Of a stretch of 64,000 nt of DNA, positions 53,001 to 64,000 are shown one piece after another. The notes below the pieces were generated by a model. That model was given only the letters and a program-made list of their open reading frames with translations, was not told the origin of the DNA and ran no database searches. Source of the stretch: Selaginella moellendorffii (taxonomy: Eukaryota; Plantae; Lycopodiophyta); NCBI RefSeq assembly GCF_000143415.4, contig NW_003314311.1, forward strand, positions 354,181-418,180, in the 5' to 3' direction. Numbering within the stretch: the stretch's first letter is position 1; each line of letters begins with the position of its first letter. The position numbers and the translations under genes were made by a program.

Positions 53001-56000
53001 TTTCATTTTCGTAAGCCAATACAAACTAGTGAAGAGGTTGGAATTGACTTCTGTTGGCTTAGATCTTAGTAAGTAGTTTGTATGATACAGCCCGAAAGGG
53101 ATGCTAACTTTTGGGGCTAAGGCAATTGAGTTGGATAGAGTTTGGAGTTGATGTAGAAAAGTGGCTGTTGCACTTTTCTAGAAAGGTGACCCTTGTGCCT
53201 TTCTTCTGTAGTATTATGCTTGGTGATAGGTTGCACCTTGCATTTCGTTACACTCTATGAGAGTAGTGAGCTCTCACTGATCTTGATTTGGTCTTGGTAG
53301 CTTTGCACCTTGACTGAGGATAGTGATGTCCAACTTTGTTGTTTAAGGTTAAAATGTTGGTACCTGTACTATAGCTTTGTTTATGAGGAGGCTGTGTACC
53401 AATATGAGTCCATTTCATGGTCTTCACTTTAGTTTTGACTAAGTGTTGGTCATGTATAGTTAGCCTCTTCAAGGCATGCTCAGAGCTATTAACTAGATGT
53501 GTTGGTGAGCTTATCGCGGTTGAGTTGGATTTGAGTGGTCATTTAGTTTGTGCTTGTCCATGAACCTTTATCTCAGACCTGGGGTATTACGTTCATGTTG
53601 AACAAGTATATGACTCAATAATATGAGTTTAGTGTTGGGTCTTGTGAAGGCAAGTTGAAAGGGTGATTGTTAGTTGCTTTGCGACTAGTGATTGCTTGTA
53701 AACTTTGTTAACGACTATTGACACTTGCTTCACTCGATGAAGATTTAGCAGTGATGGGTTTACTTTACCGGATGGTGTTGCGGAGGATCATGTCTTTAGA
53801 CTTATATGGTTTTTCTATATTGGTATGTTGACTCTACCTTCATCAATATCATTTGGTTACGTTTAGTCCGTGGTGTTGGATTCCATGGAGTCTTGGGTGT
53901 AGTGAATCACTCCTTGATTATGTGTTATCTGTAACTGAGTTTTGCTGAAGGATTAGTCTTGGATACTGACTAAAGTATCTTCGACTTTGGTTAGCTTGGT
54001 TGCAAGAGAGTTTTGAGTGGTGATTCACTCTTGCTTTCTTTTAGCTTTGTTATGGTGTTGATGGCACTGAAGTGATGCTTTGTCATTGATATTGTTGATA
54101 TTGAGATTCAAGTGAAATAAGATGTCTCTCTATAGGATTGATATTGAGTTTCATTAGTCTCGATGAAAATAATGTTGATGATTTGGCTATAGCTTTGTGT
54201 TGTTAGCATTCGTGCATTTGTTAGTTAGCAACTATATTAACGTTCAAATGAACTGAGTGGCAAGTTTGAGTTAGTTGTGTTCTAGACAAGATTATTTAGT
54301 AGGGGTTGAGCTTTGGCTTTTCCTTGAAAAGTGATTTAGCTATGGACAATGCTAACTTTACGAGATGAAGAGTTAGTGATTGGTATTGAAGTGATTGAAT
54401 CCTTATTGGATTTCAATTAGGATATATCAATCATTGACGATTCTTCTTATGCTTGTTATAAAGTGCGTTACGTTGCTATAAATGGATTCATGGAGGATCG
54501 ATTAGATGATCACTTGTTGAGCATAACTTCATTATGCTTAGCTTTTGGATTGATGCAGATAGGCTCTTCATTAGCTTTGGCATTATGAAGTTTGACTTAT
54601 GAATGTATTGAGGAAGATATTGTGGGTTGCACCATGATTTCTTCAATAGCATTGAAGTTAGTTTATGTAGGACTCGTGATCATTGCTAGGCATGACTTGG
54701 CTATAGACTTCTTTGAGCTTTTGGTTCTTGAGTTTCCATGCTCATTGTTCCATTTGTTTGAAGTTGTTGTTGGGGAAGGCATTTTGGCTCATTAGCTTCA
54801 ATGTTGAAGTTAGTATTTGCATATGGCAATCATTGGTGATGATTGACTATCATCTAGGATAGTTGATTGTCCTTGTCAAAAAGGTTTTGCTTGATTATTG
54901 TTGATATAGACTAAGTTGCTGTTCTTTGGGATGGTAAATTCTTTCTTCAACGATGATTATACATCTTTTTATTGATGGGATGATTGATAATCTTTTATGA
55001 TGGTTAGTTATTTTCTTTGATAACTTATAGCTTTTCACAATACTACATGTTGTTTATAGTTTGCTCTAGATTGGTCTCTAGGGTTTGAGACATTAGTAGG
55101 ATGTTGCTGACACTTGCTTAGGCAATTTGAGTTCCTTAGTGTTGTTGGCTGAGATCTATTCGGATTGACTAATGTGATAATTGGCATGAATAAGTGTTTG
55201 TTGGTCTTGCCACATTCATTCTGTTCTGTTGATTATTGTTTGAGTTAGTTTCGATAGATTAGAATGTTATTTCCTTCAGGTGATACATTCGCGAGTATTT
55301 TGCTTGTCAGTCAATGATATTTTGTGTTTTTTGAATTATCTTTAGTAAGTTGTTTGGCATACTGTCTGCCATCTTCAATAGTTCAATGCTATCATTGAGT
55401 TTTTTTGATGATATGCTGACTATTGAATTTTTTTGGATGGTGAATCCTATATTTTTCAATGATAGTGATCTTGGTGGTTCCTATCCTATAATACTAGTTT
55501 ATCGGATGATAACTTACTTGGAATACTTTCATGTTCTCATGTAAGATTTATTCACTGATAATTACGACTCTAAGATATCATTGTTTATGACTTTGATATT
55601 GTCCATCTATTGATCTTTGAGTTTGGGCCAGTATAGGCAAACTAGCTTCGGCACTTCGTGTGGATGTTGAAATCTCTAGTCATGGGGTAGCTACTGTCGA
55701 CTGGTCACATAACTCGCTTCTCTGTTAATGTTCCTTATTCCGTTAAAAGGGCGTGACCGTGTAAACAACTCTACCTGCCTGTTTATAGTAGTCTATTTAA
55801 ACCTTACTGACGGGTTTGGTTTCTTTGCTCATGAGGGTTGGGGCCTCTGGCTTCTCTCTCTATGTCCTTGCAAGCAGAGGCGTATCACACTTTTGTAAGC
55901 TGGGTGACACCCAGAGCAACAAGGGTGGCACCCAGAGTAGCAAGGGTGGCTAACTCTGTTAGTCATTTCCTTGTCGGCGACGGCCGGGAGGTGTCTGAGC

Positions 56001-57264
56001 TGGTAGCACATCCGTATTAGACAAAGAGGTTCCCTCCTAACTCATTTAAGTTGGTGCATTTCTCACATGGTGTGAATACAGTGAACTTTTTCTTGAGTTG
56101 TTTCCTTGGTGGTATTCTAGACTCAAGTATGCATCGACGAGGATGTCGATCTTCTCTAGGGGGGGAGAGTGTTGCGAATGTGACTTTGGGTATCGAAAGC
56201 TACTTGTCGACCAGTCCTTATGGACACTTTTACCTTACTACCACGATGGCAGGATATCGGTATTGCTAGACCCTTTATTAGTCCCTCTTGTGCTAGTGGA
56301 ATTAACTAGGCATTTCGAGTGTACTTAGACCGGACGAGCATAAGGACGGAATTCCTACGTGTTATTAGCTAAGCATACTTAGCCTGGTAAAGAGTTCCCG
56401 TCTCGTCATGTCATGCACTGGCTAGTGATAAAAACCCTCGCATATTGAGATTAGTCCCTCAATATCTCTGGATGATAGCTTACCGTGTTTGCCAAACACC
56501 CTTGCTATCATGCCCTTTGTGTTAGTCTCATTTCGGTCCCAAATGCTAATTATGGAAAGTGCCTAGATTTGCTCATTTTGCATATCTACGGAATGTAGAG
56601 ATTGTCTTGAACACAATGGTGTTCGTATTGTGTCCAAATTTGCAATCTAACTCCATTCCATATTTAGTAAGTTTCAAGCTTGTCCCAGAGACTAACTCAT
56701 AATATTAAGGGAGGCTTGGGGTAAAAGCCCAAAGCATGTGTTCCTCAAGGGGGGGGGCTATAGGGGGTTCCAAATGTATAGTAGGGATAGTGGGTAGGTT
56801 GGGTATAGTCGACCAATCTGAGGCATAGTCTAGCTCCCGCTTGTGTGCCTGTCTTTGTTCTGTGTCCAGCTTGGGTCTAAGCCCAAGTTCCACACCATGC
56901 TAACTGGTGGAATACCCATGTCCTCGCGTTAGGCCACCGGTATGCCGAAATAGCGCCAGACTCCGTTTGGCTCCGTTTTGCATGTTGGTCCTGGCATTGG
57001 GATGCTGGTTACTCTAGGACTGTTCCAAGTCACTCCGAGCTCCTGTCCCTTCGCTCCTTGGGCTTTATGCTCGGGAGTTGCTACGTGGTTTGGTTCCGTC
57101 ACTCCTTGGCTTCGTGCTTGGGAGTTTGGCACCGTTCCTTCGTTTAGTGGCCCAAGGCCCTAAACCTCGGGTTTTTATGGACACATGGCATGTGACATGT
57201 GGCATCTGTCACGTGGCACAAAGAGGGTTTATGTTCCGCAAGGGTCAAAACCACGTGCGCTACA
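50017..57264 (+). mobile_element. Structurally complete family-A LTR retroelement (LTRs 50017-51161 and 56170-57264; TSD CCTTC) with no recognisable gag/pol
   Basis: CCTTC at 50012-50016 and 57265-57269; PBS TGGTATCAGAG (tRNA-iMet complement) at 51164-51174; PPT agggggggagag at 56158-56169. Confidence 0.92.
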
Positions 57265-59953
57265 CCTTCCTAGGTATATGGTGTATGATGCCCCACAAAG
57301 GATGGGGAGGATCGTAAGATCCAAGTATGAGAAAAGTGGGTATCTCATTGGTGGCAGAATGTGCCCCATGAAGGATGGGGAGGATCGTAAGATCCAAGTA
57401 TAAGAACAGTGGGTATTTTATGAGTGGCAGAATGTGCCATGCTAAAGTCATGGGAAAGAGTTTCCCAGAAGAAAACAATTTTGACACAAAGTTGTGCATA
57501 AATTCTATGGTGTAGTGCTAATGGATAGTTGGCATAAGAGACAATCGTATTGGTTTTGGCAAAGACCTAGACACAAGTAAGAAGTGTCATAGAGGTAGGC
57601 TCATAGAGCCAATAGTGTGAAAACACCAAATGTAGCAAGGCGTGCTGCTTTGAGGTCATGTTGGCAGGTTTTTGAGAACCCCTTCCAAAGGAATCTCAAT
57701 GGAAATGGGAATGGCATAGCTTAAGCTAAAAGGCATGCTGTTAGAGTGTGGTGACCCAAATAATGATGGAGGTGTGGAAGCACTAGTAATGAATTGTAGG
57801 ACTTAACAACTATGAGGTAACTAAGCAAAAGGTGCAAAATAATTTATTAAACTGGCAGAAGATAACTACCTAAGACTCTTTTATTGGGATAAAGAAGTTG
57901 GATATACCCTTATGGGGGATAAATTTCTTATGTTGCAATATAATAAGTCAATGTTGTAAAGGGAATGTTCATTGTCAAAAAAGGCCATCATTAGGACATT
58001 TAAGCACTCTAGAACACCAAGAGGGGTGTTTGTGTCATAAGTGCAATGAATAAGGCCCAAGGGACAGTCCCTAGCGAATGATGGATAGAAAGTGCTATCC
58101 AAACGTCCAAGGTTGCAGAAACGGGAAAAATCTCTCTACCTGAATTAGACGAAATCAAAAAGGGGTTTTGGCAAGGCTAATGATGGGCATATAAAGGCCC
58201 ATGAGTAGCAATGTTAATCCCAGTGTGTGGGATTACAAGGTGAGCATACCCAGATTGAGGAACCACTCCCTAGGCTATCGAGTAGATTCATCCCTATGAA
58301 TACTTGCTAAGGCATGGTAGAAAGTGCAAAGCTATCCTCTTAGTCTGGAGGAGAATAATTGAAGAAAACATATGAGGCTAAAAAATAAAGTAGTAAAGGG
58401 ATGTAATCGAACTATGAGAATCGAAGAGCATAATCAAGGGTGGTTATGCAAGTTAGGAGTGGAGAATCAAATGGGTGCTTGAGCGGGTTATTATTAACGA
58501 CCGCGATGCCATGAAAAGTCTAAAATGTGAAATTATCCATATTAGACTATATGGTGATTAGGGAGCTTGCAAAAAGGAGAAGCCTTAGCAAGCTAAGGAA
58601 CAAAGTTCCTTGAAGGTTCCCAAAGACAATTCTAGGTAAATAAGTACCTAGAAAGCCAAGTGTAGATGGTTCCTAGAGCGCACGGAATTGGAGTGGCGCA
58701 GTAGAAGCGTGGTCTTGAAGCTTGTCATGAGGCGAGGCTACCAAAGTTGGGGAAATAGTTCCTGAGTGTTCAAAGAAAGGGCTTTGAACGAAAATCGATG
58801 GTTAAGGACTTTCACGCTTATGCGTGAACCATGTTATGGTGGCCAAATGACTTGCTAGATGAGACTAACAAGTCGGGGGAACAAATACCGTAGTTGAAGG
58901 TGTTGCCTTCAAAAAGAGTGGCCATGGGGCCAAGTATGGAGAAGTCCATACATGATCACAGATATGTCAAGTGAGAGGACTTGGCAGTGCGGAGCAATTA
59001 GGTTCTTAAGTTATGATTTGTAGCATGCTTTAACTATAAGTTGGTGCACTAGCATGGGGAGTCACACCAGACATTTTGGATGATGCCTTTCATAAATGCA
59101 TATACAGAGGTTGGGTTCGAGTCCCGACCCTTTAGTGCTTGGGTTTGAGTCCCAAATCACTAGGTGTGGTGATGGTTTGGAATATGAGGACACTCATTTT
59201 TCTGGTGGTCATAGACTCTCAGTGAGGAGATTGGTTTAGGCACACCACCAAGCAAGGGATGCTTCGGAGTTGTGATGCACGGTTAAATTGCTTAGTGTGG
59301 CTCGGCATATCTAACTTGAACACTTTGGTGCGAGTGGCACCAAGGACGTGGTGAATGAGATAGGGATACCTAATCTCAGTTGCTATAGACCCTTGGCCGT
59401 AAGGGCTGGCTTGGGTGCACCGCCAAGTGTGGGGGATGCCCCCGGGGTCATGGTCAACAACTTGAAGGTTTAGAAGACCAAATACCTCTTGGCAACTTTG
59501 TTAAGATGCCAAGGTGAGATCACTAGGTGATCTTGTGGCTTTCTTATTGGCTAAGGAATGAAGTTCCTGGTTCAAAGTGTTGATTTGAACTGTTTATGAT
59601 GGTGTGGCTTGGTCAAGATGACCAACTAAGAAGAGCACCTAAGGGAAATAAGTTGTGTCCATGCAATAGCATAGTGAGTCCGAGGAAAGTAGTCTCTCTA
59701 AAAGACCCATGGGAGGGTCACTAAATTGGGCTATGAATAAAGCCATAGCAGAAAATGATAAAAAGACATATTAAGGGTAAACACCTTCTAGACTTGGCAA
59801 ACAAAGTCTTTGCTATAAAACCAAAAGGATACATCGAGAATGAAGGTAGCAATCCTTGGTTCCTATGGCTCTTTTTTTAGCCATTAGTCTTTTGCTCTTA
59901 TCCTTTGATAGTTGCACCCAACAACATTGTTTTGTTTTGCTAATAGTGGTCTT

Positions 59954-60057
59954 CCAACACATTAGTGTTCCTGGCCTAACTTTGCCTTTTGGATTCTTTC
60001 CCATGATTCGAAAAGAATCCAAAACGCAAAGTTAGGCCAAGAACACTAATGTGTTGG
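59954..60057. repeat. 46-bp near-perfect inverted repeat (hairpin)
   Basis: 59954-59999 pairs with 60012-60057 with 2 mismatches and a 12-nt loop. Confidence 0.9.
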
Positions 60058-60800
60058 GGGCTAACGAATTGTGGGAAAGGCAAGGTGAACTTCCTAGAAT
60101 GGGGAAATGGAATTGCACAATATGTGCAATGCAAGGTGTCAGAGACATCTAGGAAATTGACTTCAAGAAGTCAAAAATAAAAGTTCTAAAGTGCAAAGGT
60201 TATATCGATGGATTCTCAATTGTTCCGATTTGGCGAAAGTGGAAACTCCAAAGGAGGGAGCGGTAAGGTAGCCAAATGATATGGCTATGGACAACCCTAG
60301 CACAAATTATAATAACTGGAACTTAGTGCCTAAAGAAGCACGAAATAGAAGAGAGGATAATGATGCCCTCAAGTAGAGAACTTCCTAGGATGGGGAAGTG
60401 GAGTTGCACAACATGTGCAATGCAAGGTGTCGGAGACACCTAAAAAATTGACTTCAAGAAGTCAAAAGTAAAAGTTTTAAAGTGCAAAGGTTATATTGAT
60501 GGAAATTGAGACTACTTGAAAGGAGTTATGGGATTGAGATAGAGACAGTGTTTCTAACAGGTTTAGCGAGAACTAAACCAATAAAAGGAGAGAACCACTA
60601 CAAGTGGTTCAATCAATCGCTAAGTTGGAGAGACTATCCTCCTTAGAGGATGAGTAAGGTATGGTGAGCCTTTGGTATCAAACCATTGACAAATATTAGC
60701 GAGGTGCCAAGAATGGAAAGGGTAATATATGTTGGTATTACTTTATAAAATGATTTATCATTTGATGAGGACATTGAACTTCGTTTATGGGTGGTGGAGT

Positions 60801-63800
60801 TATGAGACATAAAATCCCTAGGCCCCAAAGTGGAGCTGAAAGGGTGCCACATGGTAGTGGTTGAAGCGAAAGCCAAATGAATGTAACATATTTGGACTAA
60901 AAGCTCTGACTTGAAAGGTTGAAAGCGGGAGTGGAACTCCCAATGAAGTGCTCGAGGAACAAGCGCAAAGCAAGCAATAAATGAGTCTCTAGAAAAGGGA
61001 CACGAAAGGACTCGAGATGGAGTCTGAGATGGACCTGAGATGGAGTCCGAGATGGAGTTCAAGATGGAATCCGAGATAGAGTCCGAGAAAGACTCGAGAT
61101 GGAGTCTAAAGTCGAGATCGAGACCGAGACTAGGACCGAGACCAAGACCAAGGCCAAGGTCGAGACCAAGCCAAAACCCGAGTCCGAGTCTGAGTCTGAG
61201 TCCGAGTCCGAGTTCGAGTCTAAGGGGGTGAAAGCCCAAAGCATTTTGAAATGTTGTCCCAAAGTCCCAGACTGTGGAAAGGAAGAGGAGTAGCCCTTTG
61301 GTGTGGTGACCAAGAACACAATCACACAGTGAGGAAGTCCCAGAAGACTATGGGACTTAGTGGTCAAGCTTGTGGGCTTCGATCCAGTGGCAGTGTTGGC
61401 GAACATGGCCATGGGCAGAAAGGGACTCGGTAGGGACCGGAAAAGGGATATTGGGGAAAGCTTTTCCTCATGTCTGCGGGCATCGTAAGGATGCTAAGGA
61501 GTGGATCTGGGATGATCACTCATTTATGGATGGCTTAGTCTTTGAGAGATGGGACTGTGATGTAGGTGGTGTTAGACTACTGGTGTGACCAAGGTGAATG
61601 GGCATGGCCTTAGCGTAACGGGCTAATATGTCAGTGGTATCTTGGGGTTTCGATTATGGGGTCAGACACGTGGAGCACTTGGACCAAGTGCAAAGGTTGA
61701 GTGGCATAGATGCCATTCTCGGGGCGAGCAAGCCCCAAGTCCTAAGTTGGATTTATGGAGGTTGCGAATGAGACTCCTCCAAGTGGTCAAAGGTCTAATT
61801 AACTGACTAAAGTAGAATGGCAAAATTTAGTTGTTTACAGTGAGGTCTCGAAACCAGTTTTGAACGAACTCTCCAGTGGTCCTTCCAAACTGACTTGAAG
61901 TTGAGATCGCAACCGAGGGGCCTTGGGTGGGAGTGAGCATGGACTTCGGTAGTGTTAGAGGGGTTACCTAAGGAAGTGCTCAAGAGCAACTCCCACTCCC
62001 AAAAGGGCAACTGATTGCAGTGCTCTTGGCTCATGTGCAGCGGTGCCCCACTTGAATACCTTGTGGCTCATTAGTCCTCGCCCTTCCTAGGGGCTTGGAC
62101 CTTTGCTTTGGGATGGAAGTGGGGGGGTAAAGGTACCCATATTGGGCCGTTAGGCCGCGGTGTTTCGCCTCAATGTCCCGAAGTAAGTGTTGCACCCAAG
62201 GCTTAGGATTTAGAGGGTCCCATGATCAAGTTTTGTTGTACCAAGGGATGTTAGGAACTTGGAGGCTTGGTATGCTTAGCTGTTTGTGCCTGCGGGGAGT
62301 GTAGCCGAACCTTAAGTCTAGTCTAACCCGGGGAGGGGGATTGGGAAAGATTTAGGAATCCGTAGATGGATAGCTAACGCTCCGTTGCTCGTGCAGTGAG
62401 TAGTTGAAACCAAGTAGGACCAAGTAGGAGCTGGTACAATAGGTGGGAACCTTGACAAGGGAACTTAGCTAAAGCCAAGGTAGTGTTGGTTGAATAGACG
62501 AGGTAAGCTAGCAAATTGAAAAGGAAAACTTTGTGGCTTACAATTTGGTATTGGAGCCTTTTCCTCAGTTTTAGCAAAGGATAGAGGCGAATTGCAAAAG
62601 CAGGGTGGAAACAAACCAAGGCGAAGATGGAACCTCCTCAAGAGCTGGAGCCTCTGGTTGAACAAAAGGCTATGGATGAGGAATCTTTGCATGAAGAGGA
62701 CTCCAGTGAAGAAACTTCTAAATAGAGGTTTAATGATGAGATTCAGTCGTCCAAGGCTCGATTGGACATTCTAGAAAGACAATTGGCACAAACCAATACC
62801 TTGCTGGAGATTCTCATATGCAAGCTAAAGCGTGACGAAAAGCAAAAGAGAAAGTGAAAGATTGCAGATGTTGGCAGCACAGAAGGTGCAGACCCTTCAG
62901 CAAAACCAAACAAGGTCAAACAAACTGAAGTGGAATCAGTCCCTTAGGTAGTTCCCAAGTACAAACCAAAGTCCCCGCCGGTCTTCAAGGGAGTGAATGA
63001 CTATAAGGTGGTGGAGAATTAGTTTTATGATATGGAAGACTATTTCCGAGTATTGCAGTTACCGAGCTCGGAGAAGGTCCTATATGCAAAACCATACTTG
63101 GCAGATAATGCCAAGTCTTGGTGGAGAACAACAGATGCCAACGAAGGATCTGTGGCCACTTGGGAAATGATGAAGGCGAAAATCCGTGTGACTTATGTTC
63201 CTCCGAATGCTACTCTGCATCTAAGGGATGAATTGAGTAGGCTGAAGCAGACCAGAACCATTCAAGAGTATATGAATGGGTTTATGGCAAAGAGGATACT
63301 TGTCACAAATATGGGTGATATGAATGTGTTCCATGCCTTCATATTAGGCTTGCAAACTTGGGCTTGTGGTGAGGTGATGCGTTGAAACTCGACCAACTAC
63401 AAAGAAGCGTTGAATGCGGCTATCAAGGTGCATTTCAATGATAACTTGCAAAAGGAGAACACGATGGGGTCAGGGTCCATAATTAACAAAGGGGCCAAAC
63501 CAAAGGGAACATATAGCAAATGGAAATTCAAGAAGAGTTTTTCTAAAAATGAGTGTTTGGGGTTCCGGAAAGGCAAATCCGGTGGCCAGCGAGTAAATAC
63601 GTGGGGGAGTCAAGCAAAAAGAGACAAACCCATGGATAAAAAAGTCAAGTCTACTAGCAGCATGGGAAATAAATATAATACAATTGTAGTGAAGCGAGAC
63701 ACTTTTCGATGGAATGTTCCTACCCAAAGAAGGCTAAAGCAAATATAACCATTAAGTCGAGTGAAATCCAAATTAAGGTATGTGATTCAATCCCTAGCTC

Positions 63801-64000
63801 AAAATTACTCATTACACGAGCAACTTTGGTAGAAAGTCGTTTACGACATCTACTAACCCTTCGAAGGAAGCTCGGAGGTAACTTTGTTAATATCCTTATT
63901 GACACAAGTGCTTTGGATAATTTTGTGGCTGCAAACATAATCTAGCAAGCTAGACTAACGGTGCAGCGGCTGAGTGAACCAAAGACGATAGAGTTTGTTT
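60801..64000 (+). mobile_element. Family-B Ty3/Gypsy element: LTR 60801-62542, PBS 62546-62558, decayed gag and protease running off the window
   Basis: LTR ends ...ttaca, then TGGTATTGGAGCC (Met-PBS-like). gag MEDYFRV...YLADNAKSWW...LRDELSRLKQTRTIQEY. Protease VNILIDTSALDNFV. Confidence 0.85.

Larger units (their letters stand above)
44307..57273 (+). mobile_element. Family-B LTR (44307-44380, 48019-50016, 57265-57273) split by two younger insertions
   Basis: Collinear with the uninterrupted copy at 60801-62090, which shows both empty sites (aagccaaatgaa and gcccttcctagg). Confidence 0.85.

Noticed and set aside
57296-57440. ~72-bp tandem duplication
   Set aside because: Ordinary local duplication inside retroelement sequence; nothing further supportable.
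59105-59160. Two GGGTTCGAGTCCC-like tRNA T-arm/B-box motifs
   Set aside because: No acceptor stem, D-arm or anticodon arm could be folded; insufficient to call a tRNA or SINE.

Overview
Eukaryotic land-plant genomic DNA. The very short (~50-60 bp) introns, tight gene packing and gene set suggest a lycophyte such as Selaginella (inference). The first ~26 kb is gene-dense. It holds a plant coiled-coil protein, TAF9, a ~40-intron NOT1, a VUP1-like protein with an embedded HLH, an RNFT-like RING/TM ligase, an SMXL protein and an ABC1K kinase. From ~26.2 kb the sequence switches abruptly to an AT-rich retrotransposon graveyard. This part contains decayed Ty3/Gypsy copies, one intact intronless AT-rich GNA-type lectin ORF, and a nested stack of LTR elements whose LTRs, TSDs, PBS and PPT can be read directly. 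The most notable observations are: (1) a VUP1-motif protein containing a basic-less HLH, which may link the VUP1 family to bHLH proteins; (2) a Tcn1/Tf1-like element with a 15-nt self-priming PBS; (3) a NOT1 apparently lacking its N-terminal module and MIF4G-C domain; (4) the orphan AT-rich lectin; (5) a non-autonomous 7.2-kb LTR element with unexplained cargo; (6) a 46-bp near-perfect hairpin. Exon boundaries were read by eye and family calls rest on remembered motifs, not database searches. Three N-gaps are present (~24279-24441, ~28262-28361, ~31393-31492).
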